A program made the translations under genes and the position numbers. DNA of 13,144 nt, from IMG/VR virus record IMGVR_UViG_2541047722_000003; one strand, written 5' to 3'. The DNA comes from a virus. Taxonomy: Duplodnaviria; Heunggongvirae; Uroviricota; Caudoviricetes. Positions 1 through 10,228 of the stretch are shown here, in pieces. The notes below the pieces were generated by a model that worked only from the letters and a program-made list of their open reading frames with translations, ran no database searches and had not been told where the DNA came from. Positions within the stretch are counted from its first letter, which is position 1, and each line of letters starts with the position of its first letter.

Positions 1-95
1 AAGCAGAAAAAGCTTATTATGCTTCCATCGGAAACGATGATCTGGCAGCCTGAGTTCACAGATAAAACACTCTCCAGGAAACCCGGGGCGGTTCA
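1..95 (+). mobile_element. Partial IS629-like element (IS3 family), right end only; the body lies upstream of the window
   Basis: Positions 1-95 are identical to 6654-6748, the last 95 bp of the complete IS629 copy in this window, ending in the terminal ...GGTTCA. Phage sequence starts at 96. Confidence 0.9.
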
Positions 96-281
96 CCCTT
101 CGTTTTCGCCATCTTCTTCCGCCTTAGCCACTTTTTGCTTCGTTGCGGTTTCTTCAGGAGTTTTTACCCAACCTTTTTTCAGGTGAGATTTAACTTCTTC
201 GTCATCAACAATGATGTAATCGACAGCAAACTGACCGCAGGTGATCATGTTGCCTGGCTTATAGAGCATTGTTCGTGCCAT
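96..281 (-). pseudogene. Small phage gene downstream of the coat gene, 3'-truncated by IS629
   Basis: ATG at 281-279 preceded by a GGGAGAAG Shine-Dalgarno. The frame stays open to the IS junction and the stop (TGA, 95-93) is supplied by the IS629 terminal bases. The 75-aa tracked ORF (93..320) includes an N-terminal extension that overlaps the terminator and is probably not translated. Confidence 0.5.
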
Positions 282-293
282 TGTCTTCTCCCA

Positions 294-316
294 ATAAAAA
301 TGGGGCCGAAGCCCCA
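294..316 (-). terminator. Rho-independent terminator after the coat gene
   Basis: Perfect 6-bp stem (301-306 / 311-316) with a UUCG tetraloop on the minus-strand transcript, followed by UUUUUAUU (complement of 294-300), directly after the coat stop codon. Confidence 0.6.
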
Positions 317-322
317 CCAAAA

Positions 323-1576
323 TTACTGCCCAGCAATAACGATGCCCGTATATTCAGGAACCAGTACAGAGCAACCGTACAGAGTGGTGAAACGCGCAGT
401 GGTTACGCCTTTGATGTGGTCGAAGGAGTAAGACATGATCAGCGTAGCGCCCTGCTCGGTGGTTGCTGTCATTACCTGTGGACCCTGACCAGTTGGGAAC
501 GCCAGTTTGCCGTACATCAGTTCAACAGAACCATCAGCCCAGAACAGGTTAGCAGGTGCTGCGTTCTTGTTGAGAATGGTGATTGCTGCTGATTCTGCCG
601 GTTTGGCATCGACGTTTGCATATGGACGACTCGCAACATCAGTATTTTCAACAGGGAGAATCTTTGGAGAAATTGTTACGGTAGTTCCGCTAACAGCCAG
701 AACACGGAATACCTGCGGTTGACCGGTGGTATCTTTTGTGATCTGGTGTACGGAATTCACACCGGCAATGGTGAACGCATCACCAACCTGCAAGCCAGAT
801 GCAGATACCGTAATAGTCCCCTGTCGGTTATCAACTGGCATACCATTTGAATCTTTCGCTTCAACCTTGTGTTCAGGTTGGCCTGATACTGTCAAGGATT
901 CAGTGCTTCCTTTCGGTAATCGACCAGAAATATCGGTCTTGTAGCTATCGAAGGACGCAACCGGAGGGATTTGCGCTTTTTCGTATGCTGTCAGGGTTGC
1001 GCCCTGAGCATAGGCACGGTGACCAAGCTCGCCAGCAAGGTCTTTGTAGTTGAAGGGGTTCCAGAAAGAGCGACGGTTGATACCCTGAGGTACACCAATC
1101 GCCGTCATGGTGGCATCAATACCTGCCGCACAGTTCCACAAATCACGGCCCTGTGTACCTGCGGTTGAGTCAGCCATCGTGATCACGTTAGTAGCACGCT
1201 GCGTGACCATGGAAATCAGGTCAGAGTCAATCTGTGCAGCAAGGCGCATACCTGCGGCGCGACCAGCTTCAGTTTTATGTTCCGGATCACGCATTTCACG
1301 CGCATCCAGAGTGTACAGAATGTTTTTCGGCTCCTTGAACACTGAAGGAACAAGGCGCTGAACCAGTGCTGTTGGCGTTTTGCTGCTGAGGTCGAGGCCT
1401 TCCTCAATATTCATGTGGTAATGCTGCGGACGATACAGAACATCACCTGCTCGCTGCATTGCTGTATCACCGGGACGGAATTTTTTAGCGTTACGGGAAA
1501 CTACGCAGGCGGCCTCAAAGCCTTCAACGTAGTTTTCGAACATGATTTCAAGGTCTTTTGCTAATTGGTTAGCCAT
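323..1576 (-). CDS. Major capsid (coat) protein, P22 gp5-like
   Basis: 417-aa ORF with a GGAG Shine-Dalgarno 8 nt upstream. Length and several blocks resemble P22-type coat proteins as I recall them (e.g. AKKFRPGDTAMQR, FWNPFNYKDLAG, RPYANVDAKPAESAAITILN...LFWADGSVEL). It sits in the conserved portal-scaffold-coat order. Confidence 0.8.
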   Translation of the reverse strand: MANQLAKDLEIMFENYVEGFEAACVVSRNAKKFRPGDTAMQRAGDVLYRPQHYHMNIEEGLDLSSKTPTALVQRLVPSVFKEPKNILYTLDAREMRDPEHKTEAGRAAGMRLAAQIDSDLISMVTQRATNVITMADSTAGTQGRDLWNCAAGIDATMTAIGVPQGINRRSFWNPFNYKDLAGELGHRAYAQGATLTAYEKAQIPPVASFDSYKTDISGRLPKGSTESLTVSGQPEHKVEAKDSNGMPVDNRQGTITVSASGLQVGDAFTIAGVNSVHQITKDTTGQPQVFRVLAVSGTTVTISPKILPVENTDVASRPYANVDAKPAESAAITILNKNAAPANLFWADGSVELMYGKLAFPTGQGPQVMTATTEQGATLIMSYSFDHIKGVTTARFTTLYGCSVLVPEYTGIVIAGQ

Positions 1577-1594
1577 GCTTAATGCTCCAATAGG

Positions 1595-2488
1595 TTATTT
1601 TTTTGCCTTTTTAGCGGCGAAATACGGCGTCCAGTCACCAGTTTCCAGCGCCTTGGCTTTCAATTTGTCGAGGTTGTTGATTACTGCGCCGTTGCTCCCC
1701 TTAACCGTCGGGGTTGTGGCTGCCGTGGTTTTTGCTTTTGGCATGATTCTGGCCTTCGATTCGATACGTTCCAGCAGACGACCAATTGCTACGGGGTTGG
1801 TAGCTTCTGCCAGTTGCTTGCGCAGTTCAGCGTTGCGACCAAGCGCCAGAACAACGATTTCCGGCTTCTCTGACTCAAACAGGATCGCGTTTTGTGTCTC
1901 GATGGGGATTTCCTCGAGTACGGCCTGCTCAGCTTCCTGATAGCCAGGAACTTTGAGAGCCTTAACACGTTGCTGATATTTGGATAATCGCTCTTGATAG
2001 GCAGCCTGAAGCTCCTGCTCCTTCTGCTTGCGAGCCATCTCCTGTTGCTGGTACTTGCCATTATCCTCTGCCCACTTAGCCATGCGTTGCTGGTAGATTT
2101 CTTCATCGAAACCGATGTCCTCATCATCCAGTTTTGGCATTCGCGGTGGTTGAGTGATTACCGGCTGCTGCTCGACGGGTTTCTGAGACTGACGCATCAG
2201 CTCTTTCAGCTCGCGGTCTTTCTCTTTAATCGTCTTGCGCAGGTGTTTTACCAGTCCATGCTCAGCGCCATCTTCGCTGGTTGGCGAATCCAGCTTTTCG
2301 TCACCAAAGTAGAATTCCTGTTCTGATTCGTCGTCATCAGTTTCAGTAGCCTCCTCTGCATCATTGCCTGAGGACTCACTGCCATCTTCTGTTTCGACTT
2401 TTTCAGCCAGTTCGACATCATCAGGAATCTGCTCTGACGCGTCGGTTTCGATTTCAACTTCTGGTGTGTTTTCTGCCATCTGGTCCAT
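1595..2488 (-). CDS. Scaffolding protein, P22 gp8-like
   Basis: 297-aa highly charged, E/K/Q-rich protein with an acidic N-terminus and a basic C-terminal tail (KLKAKALETGDWTPYFAAKKAKK). Position between portal and coat matches the P22 order. Confidence 0.65.
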   Translation of the reverse strand: MDQMAENTPEVEIETDASEQIPDDVELAEKVETEDGSESSGNDAEEATETDDDESEQEFYFGDEKLDSPTSEDGAEHGLVKHLRKTIKEKDRELKELMRQSQKPVEQQPVITQPPRMPKLDDEDIGFDEEIYQQRMAKWAEDNGKYQQQEMARKQKEQELQAAYQERLSKYQQRVKALKVPGYQEAEQAVLEEIPIETQNAILFESEKPEIVVLALGRNAELRKQLAEATNPVAIGRLLERIESKARIMPKAKTTAATTPTVKGSNGAVINNLDKLKAKALETGDWTPYFAAKKAKK

Positions 2489-2578
2489 TTGTTACCCCTG
2501 TTTACTCGATGTTCAGCCCATCGGAAGGCAATAGGGTGCCAGGCCTCATAAAGACAGCCATTGCACGTTATGGGTTAA

Positions 2579-4777
2579 TTACTGCTGTGGTTGTTGCTGA
2601 GTTGATTTTTGCAGGATGCTGCTGATGTCCATGCGCTGCGCATGGCCCTGTGCCTGACTTTTCAGGACAAGCTCTGCATCAGCACGGGCATTGTCTCCTT
2701 GCTGTTGCTGGAACTGTCCGAGCAGTTTCAGAGCCTCGCGGATATCAGATTTCTGCTGGCTATCGGCAGATGCGAGGATTTTCACAACATTTGCCGCTGC
2801 AACCTGAGCATCAGTCTGTGCCTGGAATGCTTTAACCTGAATGGCTGCCTGCTCGTTCTGCGCTTTCTGCAATTCAGCCTGACCAGCAAGAAGCTGACCT
2901 TGCGCAGCAACCATAGCCGGATCTGGCTGACTGGCCTGTTGTTGTTTCGCCTGCTCAACCATCTGCTGTTCTTCTGGCGTTCTCGGCTTGATAACTCCAG
3001 ACAGAAGCAACTGATTGCGGTTGTATTCTTTAAGGTCGTCCATCCCTTCGCCGTCCATATTGTCGAGGATCATCGACGATACAAGGTCGTGTTTCGGCGT
3101 TCCGGGCGGGATAAGTGCCAGCATGGAAAGTAACGACTTAACCGTTGCGTCACGGCGAGTAGCGAACGACTGACCGACATCGACAGTCACTTCATAGTTA
3201 CCCTGCGAAAGGTCGTTAAGCGCGATAACCTGCCCTGTCTGACGGTCAACCACTTCACCAGTCATCAGCGCCACGTCATCGCTGCCGTCCTCATTAACGA
3301 TACGCATCGGCGTATCGCTGCCATAGACTTCACGAGCCATAGAAAGCCACACAACGCCAGCGCGACGCATGGATTTAGCCATGTTGTCCATGTAGATATA
3401 GGACTGCGTATCCATCCGGTTAAAGATGCTATCAACGGTATCGGTAGCAACGTTGCTCGGCATGTTCTCAAGCTGCGACGCACCTGTAATTTGCTGAATA
3501 GCCGTTCCGGTGTACTGCAATAGCCCGGCAAGAGCTGGAGGCATTTGTGTCGGAGGCGTATAACTGCTGACCTGAGCCTGCGCAGTAATATCTCCGTTTT
3601 TGTTTTTCAGACTGACCATCGGCAGGAACGCCGGGCGCTTTTTGTTGCGCTCCGCCCAATGAGTGGCGAGAGGACCAGGAATCATGTCAACATCAACTAC
3701 AGGAATGCCATCACCGCCAGCCTGAGTAGCGTTATCTGCAATCATGGAAACCATCAGGTTCTCAAGACGCTGTGCATCCATCGCTTTTGCTGCGTGGCCT
3801 TCGATTCGTTCCTGATTATCAACAAATGAGCGACGTCCATATACCGGGATGAGAGGAATATGTTCGCCCGGAATACGCTTCGGTTCTTCCAGCCATTCAG
3901 CGCCAGACAGAAGGCCGCAATAAACGCGGCGTTTCTTCACCGTTCGCTCGCCAATCAGTTCGAATGCACCATCGGTCAGCTCGTCGACAATATCTTTGAT
4001 TTGCTCTTCATCATAGATTGCCGTTTCTCCGCTAACAGGGTTGCGCCATGCCGTGAGCTTCACCTTCTCTATGCGAACTTCGTAGTAGCGCCCAACATAG
4101 ATGGCATCTGGCGTTGACCAGTCATATTGAGTGCCAGTCTCATCACGAGAAAGGCCTGCCGCGATGGAATCAGGGTATTCAGCCTCGAACGCTTTAGGCG
4201 TCATGGAGAACATTTCCATAGCCCACATAGCATCAGAACGGTCATATTGCTTGCTGTCCTGATCGAAGAAGACGCATGTCGCTGGGTCGTAAACAGGAAG
4301 AAGGCTGATGCGTCGCTGCTCGTTACTTGGGTCCATTTCATCTTCGTAATCGGCACACATGCGGAAACAACCGAATCCGCCCGTTACAGCATCATCAAAT
4401 GCGTTATCACACGCTTCGCCACCTGATGTTTCCTGATAGTCAGCGCGGAATTTGCCGTTCATCTTTTTGGCTAACGCTTCCGATGCCTTGTCATCCTTCG
4501 GCCTGAATTTAACGCTGATGCGATTCTGTCGATACTCGCCAATGATGCGATCACATTCACGGGCAATCTTATTCAGTTCAAAGCGCGGGTAATGCTCAAA
4601 CCTGCCTTCATCAAATGAGTAACCAGCGTTTGTGCTGCCTTCCCACTGTGCGCCGGATACCCGGACGAAACGTTGAGCCTCAATAATCTGCTCACGCATA
4701 TCCTGCGTTGCTGACCAGGCATTATCAAAGTTGCACAGCACCTTGCGATGCCAGTCAGTCATCTTTTTTTCTGCCAT
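2579..4777 (-). CDS. Portal protein, P22 gp1-like
   Basis: 732-aa ORF. C-terminal region PRTPEEQQMVEQAKQQQASQPDPAMVAAQGQLLAGQAELQKAQN closely resembles the P22 portal barrel region as recalled. Size and position immediately downstream of large terminase fit. Confidence 0.85.
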   Translation of the reverse strand: MAEKKMTDWHRKVLCNFDNAWSATQDMREQIIEAQRFVRVSGAQWEGSTNAGYSFDEGRFEHYPRFELNKIARECDRIIGEYRQNRISVKFRPKDDKASEALAKKMNGKFRADYQETSGGEACDNAFDDAVTGGFGCFRMCADYEDEMDPSNEQRRISLLPVYDPATCVFFDQDSKQYDRSDAMWAMEMFSMTPKAFEAEYPDSIAAGLSRDETGTQYDWSTPDAIYVGRYYEVRIEKVKLTAWRNPVSGETAIYDEEQIKDIVDELTDGAFELIGERTVKKRRVYCGLLSGAEWLEEPKRIPGEHIPLIPVYGRRSFVDNQERIEGHAAKAMDAQRLENLMVSMIADNATQAGGDGIPVVDVDMIPGPLATHWAERNKKRPAFLPMVSLKNKNGDITAQAQVSSYTPPTQMPPALAGLLQYTGTAIQQITGASQLENMPSNVATDTVDSIFNRMDTQSYIYMDNMAKSMRRAGVVWLSMAREVYGSDTPMRIVNEDGSDDVALMTGEVVDRQTGQVIALNDLSQGNYEVTVDVGQSFATRRDATVKSLLSMLALIPPGTPKHDLVSSMILDNMDGEGMDDLKEYNRNQLLLSGVIKPRTPEEQQMVEQAKQQQASQPDPAMVAAQGQLLAGQAELQKAQNEQAAIQVKAFQAQTDAQVAAANVVKILASADSQQKSDIREALKLLGQFQQQQGDNARADAELVLKSQAQGHAQRMDISSILQKSTQQQPQQ

Positions 4778-4778
4778 A

Positions 4779-5438
4779 TCAACCTACACCACAAGGAATT
4801 GAGTAACTGGAATAGTCGGGTTGCGCAGCCGACTCCGGGCAATGCATACACATCATCAGCGCATCAGCCAGGTTAGGAGATGGGATACCGAGCTTCTGCT
4901 TCATTTCGACCTTAGTCATAAGCTCCAGTTTCCCGTTATTATTGAATTTGCGCTGAATCTGCGTCAGTTCTGCAAACAGTTTCTCCAGCATCTTCTCGCC
5001 TATCGCTTCTTTGTCGAAGCTCAGCATGTCGTCGGGGTCTGCATACTCACCGTGGACAACCGCCCGATATGTCAGATACAGCCTGTCAGCCAGCGCGTAA
5101 TAGAATTGCGCTCGCTTATTGCGGAATACATCGCCAATAGTGCGAACGTTGTCACCCTGTACGACTTCATCAGCCCATGCTCCGGCCTGATACGGAGCAT
5201 CTTCATCGAATGGCGATTCGCTGCCCTTGAACATCGTGGCGGTAATTTTCTTGCCGGAGAATGCTTCCGTTGTCTGTCTGCGTAGCCCTGCACCGACACC
5301 ATCGCCATCCCACAGGTAATGGTCAGCGCCGTCTTCAATCGCCAGCGAAGTAGCCCAGTCAGCACCCTCGTTGATGTCCATCAGCAGACCTTCGGCAATG
5401 CGCTTAACTACCGAACCGTGACGCGATGCATAACCTTT
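4779..5438 (-). pseudogene. Large terminase subunit, C-terminal fragment, separated from its N-terminal part by IS629
   Basis: Phage-derived reading frame of 219 codons from 5438 to the TGA at 4779-4781. The first 31 residues of the tracked ORF (5439-5531) are read-through into the IS629 left end. The frame is continuous with the 6749..7508 fragment once the IS and one target duplication (1314 bp) are removed. Confidence 0.8.
5435..5438. repeat. IS629 target-site duplication, left copy (CTTT)
   Basis: CTTT immediately precedes the IS (TG at 5439-5440) and CTTT at 6749-6752 immediately follows its last base (CA at 6747-6748). Confidence 0.7.
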
Positions 5439-5492
5439 TGAACCGCCCCGGGAATCCTGGAGACTAAACTTCCTGAGAAAGAGGTAAACAGG

Positions 5493-5819
5493 ATGACTAA
5501 AAATACTCGTTTTTCCCCCGAAGTCCGTCAACGGGCAGTCCGTATGGTTCTGGAAAGTCAGAGCGAATATGACTCACAATGGGCGACAATTTGTTCCATT
5601 GCTCCAAAGATTGGCTGTACGCCGGAGACTCTGCGTGTCTGGGTTCGCCAGCATGAGCGGGATACCGGGGGCGGTGATGGAGGGCTCACCACCGCTGAAC
5701 GTCAGCGTCTGAAAGAGCTGGAACGTGAAAATCGTGAACTGCGCCGCAGTAACGATATCCTTCGCCAGGCTTCCGCTTATTTTGCGAAGGCGGAGTTCGA
5801 CCGCCTCTGGAAAAAATGA
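5493..5819 (+). CDS. IS629 OrfA (transposase N-terminal helix-turn-helix component)
   Basis: 108-aa ORF with a GAGG Shine-Dalgarno. The sequence [22 protein letters not shown]...[33 protein letters not shown] has the leucine-zipper-like end typical of IS3-family OrfA. Confidence 0.9.
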   Translation: MTKNTRFSPEVRQRAVRMVLESQSEYDSQWATICSIAPKIGCTPETLRVWVRQHERDTGGGDGGLTTAERQRLKELERENRELRRSNDILRQASAYFAKAEFDRLWKK

Positions 5820-6706
5820 TGCCACTGCTGGATAAGCTGCGTGAGCAGTACGGGGTCGGACCGCTATGCAGCGAACTGCATATTGCCCCGTCAACGTATT
5901 ACCACTGTCAGCAACAGCGACATCATCCGGATAAACGCAGTGCCCGTGCGCAGCGCGATGACTGGCTGAAGAAAGAGATACAGCGCGTATACGATGAAAA
6001 TCACAAGGTATACGGTGTGCGTAAAGTCTGGCGTCAGTTGTTACGGGAAGGTATCAGAGTGGCCAGATGCACTGTGGCACGTCTCATGGCGGTTATGGGA
6101 CTTGCCGGTGTTCTCCGGGGTAAAAAGGTCCGTACGACCATCAGCCGGAAAGCCGTTGCCGCAGGCGACCGCGTAAACCGTCAGTTCGTGGCAGAACGAC
6201 CTGACCAGCTGTGGGTGGCTGATTTTACTTACGTCAGCACATGGCGGGGCTTCGTCTATGTGGCGTTCATCATTGATGTGTTTGCCGGATACATCGTGGG
6301 GTGGCGGGTCTCATCGTCCATGGAAACGACATTCGTGCTGGATGCACTGGAGCAGGCGTTATGGGCCCGTCGACCGTCCGGCACGGTCCATCACAGTGAT
6401 AAAGGTTCTCAGTATGTATCGCTGGCCTACACACAGCGGCTTAAGGAAGCCGGATTACTGGCATCAACAGGAAGTACAGGCGACTCGTATGACAACGCGA
6501 TGGCGGAGAGCATCAATGGTCTTTACAAAGCGGAGGTAATACACCGTAAGAGCTGGAAAAACCGTGCAGAAGTGGAACTGGCCACACTCACGTGGGTGGA
6601 CTGGTATAACAATCGACGATTGCTGGAAAGGCTGGGCCATACTCCTCCGGCAGAAGCAGAAAAAGCTTATTATGCTTCCATCGGAAACGATGATCTGGCA
6701 GCCTGA
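5816..6706 (+). CDS. IS629 OrfB (transposase catalytic DDE domain), expressed as an OrfAB fusion by -1 frameshift
   Basis: 296-aa ORF in the -1 frame relative to orfA, overlapping the orfA stop at the A-rich stretch tggAAAAAAtga (5808-5819). Contains DDE-type integrase motifs ([23 protein letters not shown]). Confidence 0.9.
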   Translation: MMPLLDKLREQYGVGPLCSELHIAPSTYYHCQQQRHHPDKRSARAQRDDWLKKEIQRVYDENHKVYGVRKVWRQLLREGIRVARCTVARLMAVMGLAGVLRGKKVRTTISRKAVAAGDRVNRQFVAERPDQLWVADFTYVSTWRGFVYVAFIIDVFAGYIVGWRVSSSMETTFVLDALEQALWARRPSGTVHHSDKGSQYVSLAYTQRLKEAGLLASTGSTGDSYDNAMAESINGLYKAEVIHRKSWKNRAEVELATLTWVDWYNNRRLLERLGHTPPAEAEKAYYASIGNDDLAA

Positions 6707-6748
6707 GTTCACAGATAAAACACTCTCCAGGAAACCCGGGGCGGTTCA

Positions 6749-6752
6749 CTTT
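6749..6752. repeat. IS629 target-site duplication, right copy (CTTT)
   Basis: Identical to 5435-5438 and directly abuts the IS629 right terminus. Confidence 0.7.
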
Positions 6753-7508
6753 AGCATCTGGCCCTGTATCTGATGGGTCATGCGCAGAGACAACAGCGCC
6801 TTTCGCTTTCCATCCGAGTTTCTTGTGCGCATCGGTTGCGGCTTCAAGCCATTCACGTTTGATGATTGCCATATCACTTGCGCTTACTGGCTCACCAAGC
6901 CAGATGTGACGATACAGTGTCGGGTTTCTGCGTTTACACTCTTCCATCTCCAGACGGAGAACTTCAGGAAAGTGCGGGTTGTCGGTGTAGTTCACCGTCA
7001 GCAGACAAATATCATCGGGAGGGTTTACTACGAATCGCTGATAGGTATCGTCGAGGATGTTTTTCGGGTTGAAGCTCACCCATATTTCGGAAAATGGCTT
7101 GCGGATGGTTGGTATCAGGATATCCCATGATTCCTTCGTTACCGCTTCCGCTTCCTCCACCCAGCAGATATCAATGCCTTCGAGCGATTTAATCTTCGTC
7201 GGGTTGTTTTTGATGCCGTAGAACATGAACTCAGCATTCGTCCCGAGATGACGAATCATGGAACGCTGAATTTCAAACTCAGCCGTATACCCTTCACGCT
7301 CTATGGTGTCTTCAAGCAGCCGGATTACCGAATCGCTGATACTGTTTTGCAGTTCACGAGCGCAGAGAATACGCACTGGCTGCCGACGCGCCGCTTCAAC
7401 AAGCAGTCTCGCAATTGCCCATGATTTACCGCTACCTCGACCGCCTTTGGCGACTTTGTAGCGATGCGCCTCAATGAACGGTTCAAAGATAGGATTAATC
7501 GAGGTCAT
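6749..7508 (-). pseudogene. Large terminase subunit, N-terminal ATPase fragment, interrupted by IS629
   Basis: ATG at 7508 overlaps the terS stop. Walker A-like motif KGGRGSGKS near the N-terminus. About 253 phage-derived codons, then the frame runs into the IS629 right end (the last 53 residues of the tracked 306-aa ORF are IS-encoded). Confidence 0.85.
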
Positions 7509-7945
7509 TTTCCGAATAGAGTACTCATCGGTGATGTTTCAATCTGGATTGCGCCGCCGTCTTTGCCTGTTAGCTCGTGATCAACCTTGTCGCGCCATTT
7601 ATCCTTCTGTCGGTTCTTAAGCCAGAAGATGGCAGCTGTTGTATCAGGCGGGTAATACTTCTCAAGAGGAGTTTCGACAATTCTGTTTTCAATAACACGA
7701 ATATCGATGTCTGGAGCCACGAAGCCCATAGCGCGTTGATAAAGACGGTCACTAACTTCTGCATCAGCGACGGCCTTACCCTTTTTTATGGACTCCGAAA
7801 ACTCAGGATAATCAAGCTTCCACTTGTTAATAGTTGACTCACTGACTTCGAAGAAATCAGCAAGCTCTGCATCGGTGTAGCCCAGCAAGCACAGTTTGCG
7901 TGCCTGTTCGGCATACGCCTCTTGATACTTTGTTGGGCGCGCCAT
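7505..7945 (-). CDS. Small terminase subunit
   Basis: 146-aa ORF immediately upstream of and overlapping large terminase by 4 bp. The N-terminal segment (MARPTKYQEAYAEQARKLCLLGYTDAELADFFEVSESTINKWK) resembles the helix-turn-helix region of phage small terminase families as recalled. Confidence 0.75.
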   Translation of the reverse strand: MARPTKYQEAYAEQARKLCLLGYTDAELADFFEVSESTINKWKLDYPEFSESIKKGKAVADAEVSDRLYQRAMGFVAPDIDIRVIENRIVETPLEKYYPPDTTAAIFWLKNRQKDKWRDKVDHELTGKDGGAIQIETSPMSTLFGK

Positions 7946-7947
7946 GT

Positions 7948-8190
7948 TTATGCTCCGGTGGTGAACAGGTCTAACGCTTCCTTCGATTTACGCACCGCTT
8001 CGATAGTGCGGGTCGTGATATCTGAATTAGCGCCGCCTGACTGGAAGTGAATTTTGAATAGCTCAAGCTTCAGTTCGTCAGTGCCAATGAACTGAAATGC
8101 TTCCTCTGCGGCTGCGTTCTGGTTCATGACCAGCTTGTAAATCTCTAACTGGAATTTCTGTTCTTCAGTCATGGGAATAATCTCTGCCAT
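7948..8190 (-). CDS. Hypothetical phage protein (80 aa) upstream of terS
   Basis: ORF with a GGAG Shine-Dalgarno 8 nt upstream of the ATG at 8190-8188, tightly packed against terS. No recognisable motif. Confidence 0.5.
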   Translation of the reverse strand: MAEIIPMTEEQKFQLEIYKLVMNQNAAAEEAFQFIGTDELKLELFKIHFQSGGANSDITTRTIEAVRKSKEALDLFTTGA

Positions 8191-8225
8191 TGTTGGCTCC
8201 GTTTATCCGTTAAAAGGGATATCAG

Positions 8226-8229
8226 TTAA
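8226..8229. repeat. IS5 target-site duplication, left copy (TTAA)
   Basis: TTAA at 8226-8229 and at 9425-9428 directly flank the 16-bp IS5 terminal inverted repeats. Fits the known YTAR target preference. Confidence 0.75.
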
Positions 8230-9424
<1,195 letters not shown>

Positions 9425-9428
9425 TTAA
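9425..9428. repeat. IS5 target-site duplication, right copy (TTAA)
   Basis: See left copy. Confidence 0.75.
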
Positions 9429-9445
9429 CTGTGAATAATCCATTG

Positions 9446-9622
9446 TCATTTCCTCGCACGATGTCTTAGCAACCGGATATCCCACAGGTGAGCCGTGTAG
9501 TTGAAGGTTTTTACGTCAGATTCTTTTGGGATTGGCTTGCGTTTATTTCTGGTGCGTTTCGTTGGAAGGTATTTGCAGTTTTCGCAGATGATGTCGGTGA
9601 TACTTCGTCGCTGTCGCCTCAT
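9446..9622 (-). CDS. Small basic protein (58 aa), possibly NinE-like
   Basis: ATG at 9622-9620 overlaps the ninB stop (ATGA coupling) and is preceded by an AGGAGG Shine-Dalgarno. Very basic, with a single CxxC (CENC). Tentative NinE-like assignment rests only on size, position after ninB and vague sequence recollection. Confidence 0.55.
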   Translation of the reverse strand: MRRQRRSITDIICENCKYLPTKRTRNKRKPIPKESDVKTFNYTAHLWDIRLLRHRARK

Positions 9623-10029
9623 TCGTACCTCCTGTCGGTAAATCTGACACCCTGACCAATAGCCCATGCTGTTGTGTACTCGATCAGACTTGCCATACGC
9701 TTCACACTCATCTGCGCGCTGCTTTCGCGAATGTTGACGTATTCGCCTTCAAGCCCGGGCAAAACATCAGCTTCCTGTTTTGTTGCCACTGCATGACCGC
9801 TGATCAACAAAACCTTCCATTGTTCTGGTTTTAACCATTTATCGCGCCACTGAACTTGCCTAGCGATATCTGCGACCATCGCGTGAAATTTTGCGTTCTG
9901 GTCAAGGTTGCGCTTGTAGTCAGTAATGCGGATGGTGACTGGCTTGTCTTTATCGAGTGGTGTTGCGAGGATGGCATTTATTGCAGCTTGCTGTTGTTGC
10001 TTAGTTCGGAGGAATATTGTTTGCTTCAC
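9619..10029 (-). CDS. ninB: NinB-like recombination protein (lambda Orf family)
   Basis: 136-aa ORF with a GTG start at 10029 preceded by an AAGGAG Shine-Dalgarno. The block [26 protein letters not shown] parallels the SLDQNRKLWACLGDVSRQVEWHGRWL block of lambda NinB as recalled. Position downstream of the replication genes fits. Confidence 0.7.
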   Translation of the reverse strand: MKQTIFLRTKQQQQAAINAILATPLDKDKPVTIRITDYKRNLDQNAKFHAMVADIARQVQWRDKWLKPEQWKVLLISGHAVATKQEADVLPGLEGEYVNIRESSAQMSVKRMASLIEYTTAWAIGQGVRFTDRRYE

Positions 10030-10040
10030 TGAATACTCCT

Positions 10041-10226
10041 TTATTTTTTATGCCTGTAACCCCATTCTTCCAGCAACCTTGCGGCGTACCACCCAAGAAA
10101 CAAAGGAAAGAACATTACAATGAGATATTTCCCGCCACGGTCAATGTTCGAAATTGACCAGATTACGATGTAACCAGTGCAGGACAGGAATATTACAAAC
10201 CCCAAAAAGCTACTTCGTCGACTCAT
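10041..10226 (-). CDS. Small membrane protein (about 61 aa, two predicted transmembrane segments), function unknown
   Basis: ATG at 10226-10224 with an AAGGAG Shine-Dalgarno 5 nt upstream; the tracked GTG at 10232 is too close to that Shine-Dalgarno. Two hydrophobic stretches (FLGFVIFLSCTGYIVIWSI and YLIVMFFPLFLGWYAARLL) and a charged C-terminus (EEWGYRHKK). Confidence 0.55.
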   Translation of the reverse strand: MSRRSSFLGFVIFLSCTGYIVIWSISNIDRGGKYLIVMFFPLFLGWYAARLLEEWGYRHKK

Positions 10227-10228
10227 GC

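Larger units (their letters stand above)
5439..6748 (+). mobile_element. Complete IS629-like insertion sequence (IS3 family), 1310 bp, inserted in the large terminase gene
   Basis: TG...CA termini with imperfect terminal inverted repeats (TGAACCGCCCCGGG...CCTGGAGA at both ends). Two overlapping ORFs in 0/-1 frames (108 and 296 aa) match the IS629/IS1203 OrfA/OrfB arrangement. Flanked by a 4-bp direct repeat. Confidence 0.92.

Noticed and set aside
1789-2127. 112-aa minus-strand ORF nested within the scaffolding gene in another frame
   Set aside because: Entirely inside the scaffolding ORF, very basic and low-complexity, no ribosome-binding site; an alternative-frame artefact.
2489-2578. 90-bp portal-scaffold intergenic region as a possible small RNA or regulatory structure
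   Set aside because: I found no convincing hairpin or promoter-like motif by eye; it contains the scaffold Shine-Dalgarno (AGGGG) and is probably just a translational initiation region.
2609-3133. 174-aa plus-strand ORF (and the similar plus-strand ORFs at 135..431, 269..592, 1542..1940, 1994..2326, 3545..3829, 3860..4117, 4127..4426, 4821..5285)
   Set aside because: All lie antisense to well-supported structural genes, have no convincing ribosome-binding sites and are low-complexity in composition; most likely spurious antisense frames.
5439-5531. N-terminal 31 residues of the tracked 250-aa ORF (4779..5531) and C-terminal 53 residues of the tracked 306-aa ORF (6588..6748)
   Set aside because: These stretches are read-through into the IS629 ends, not terminase sequence; the true terminase fragments end at the IS boundaries.
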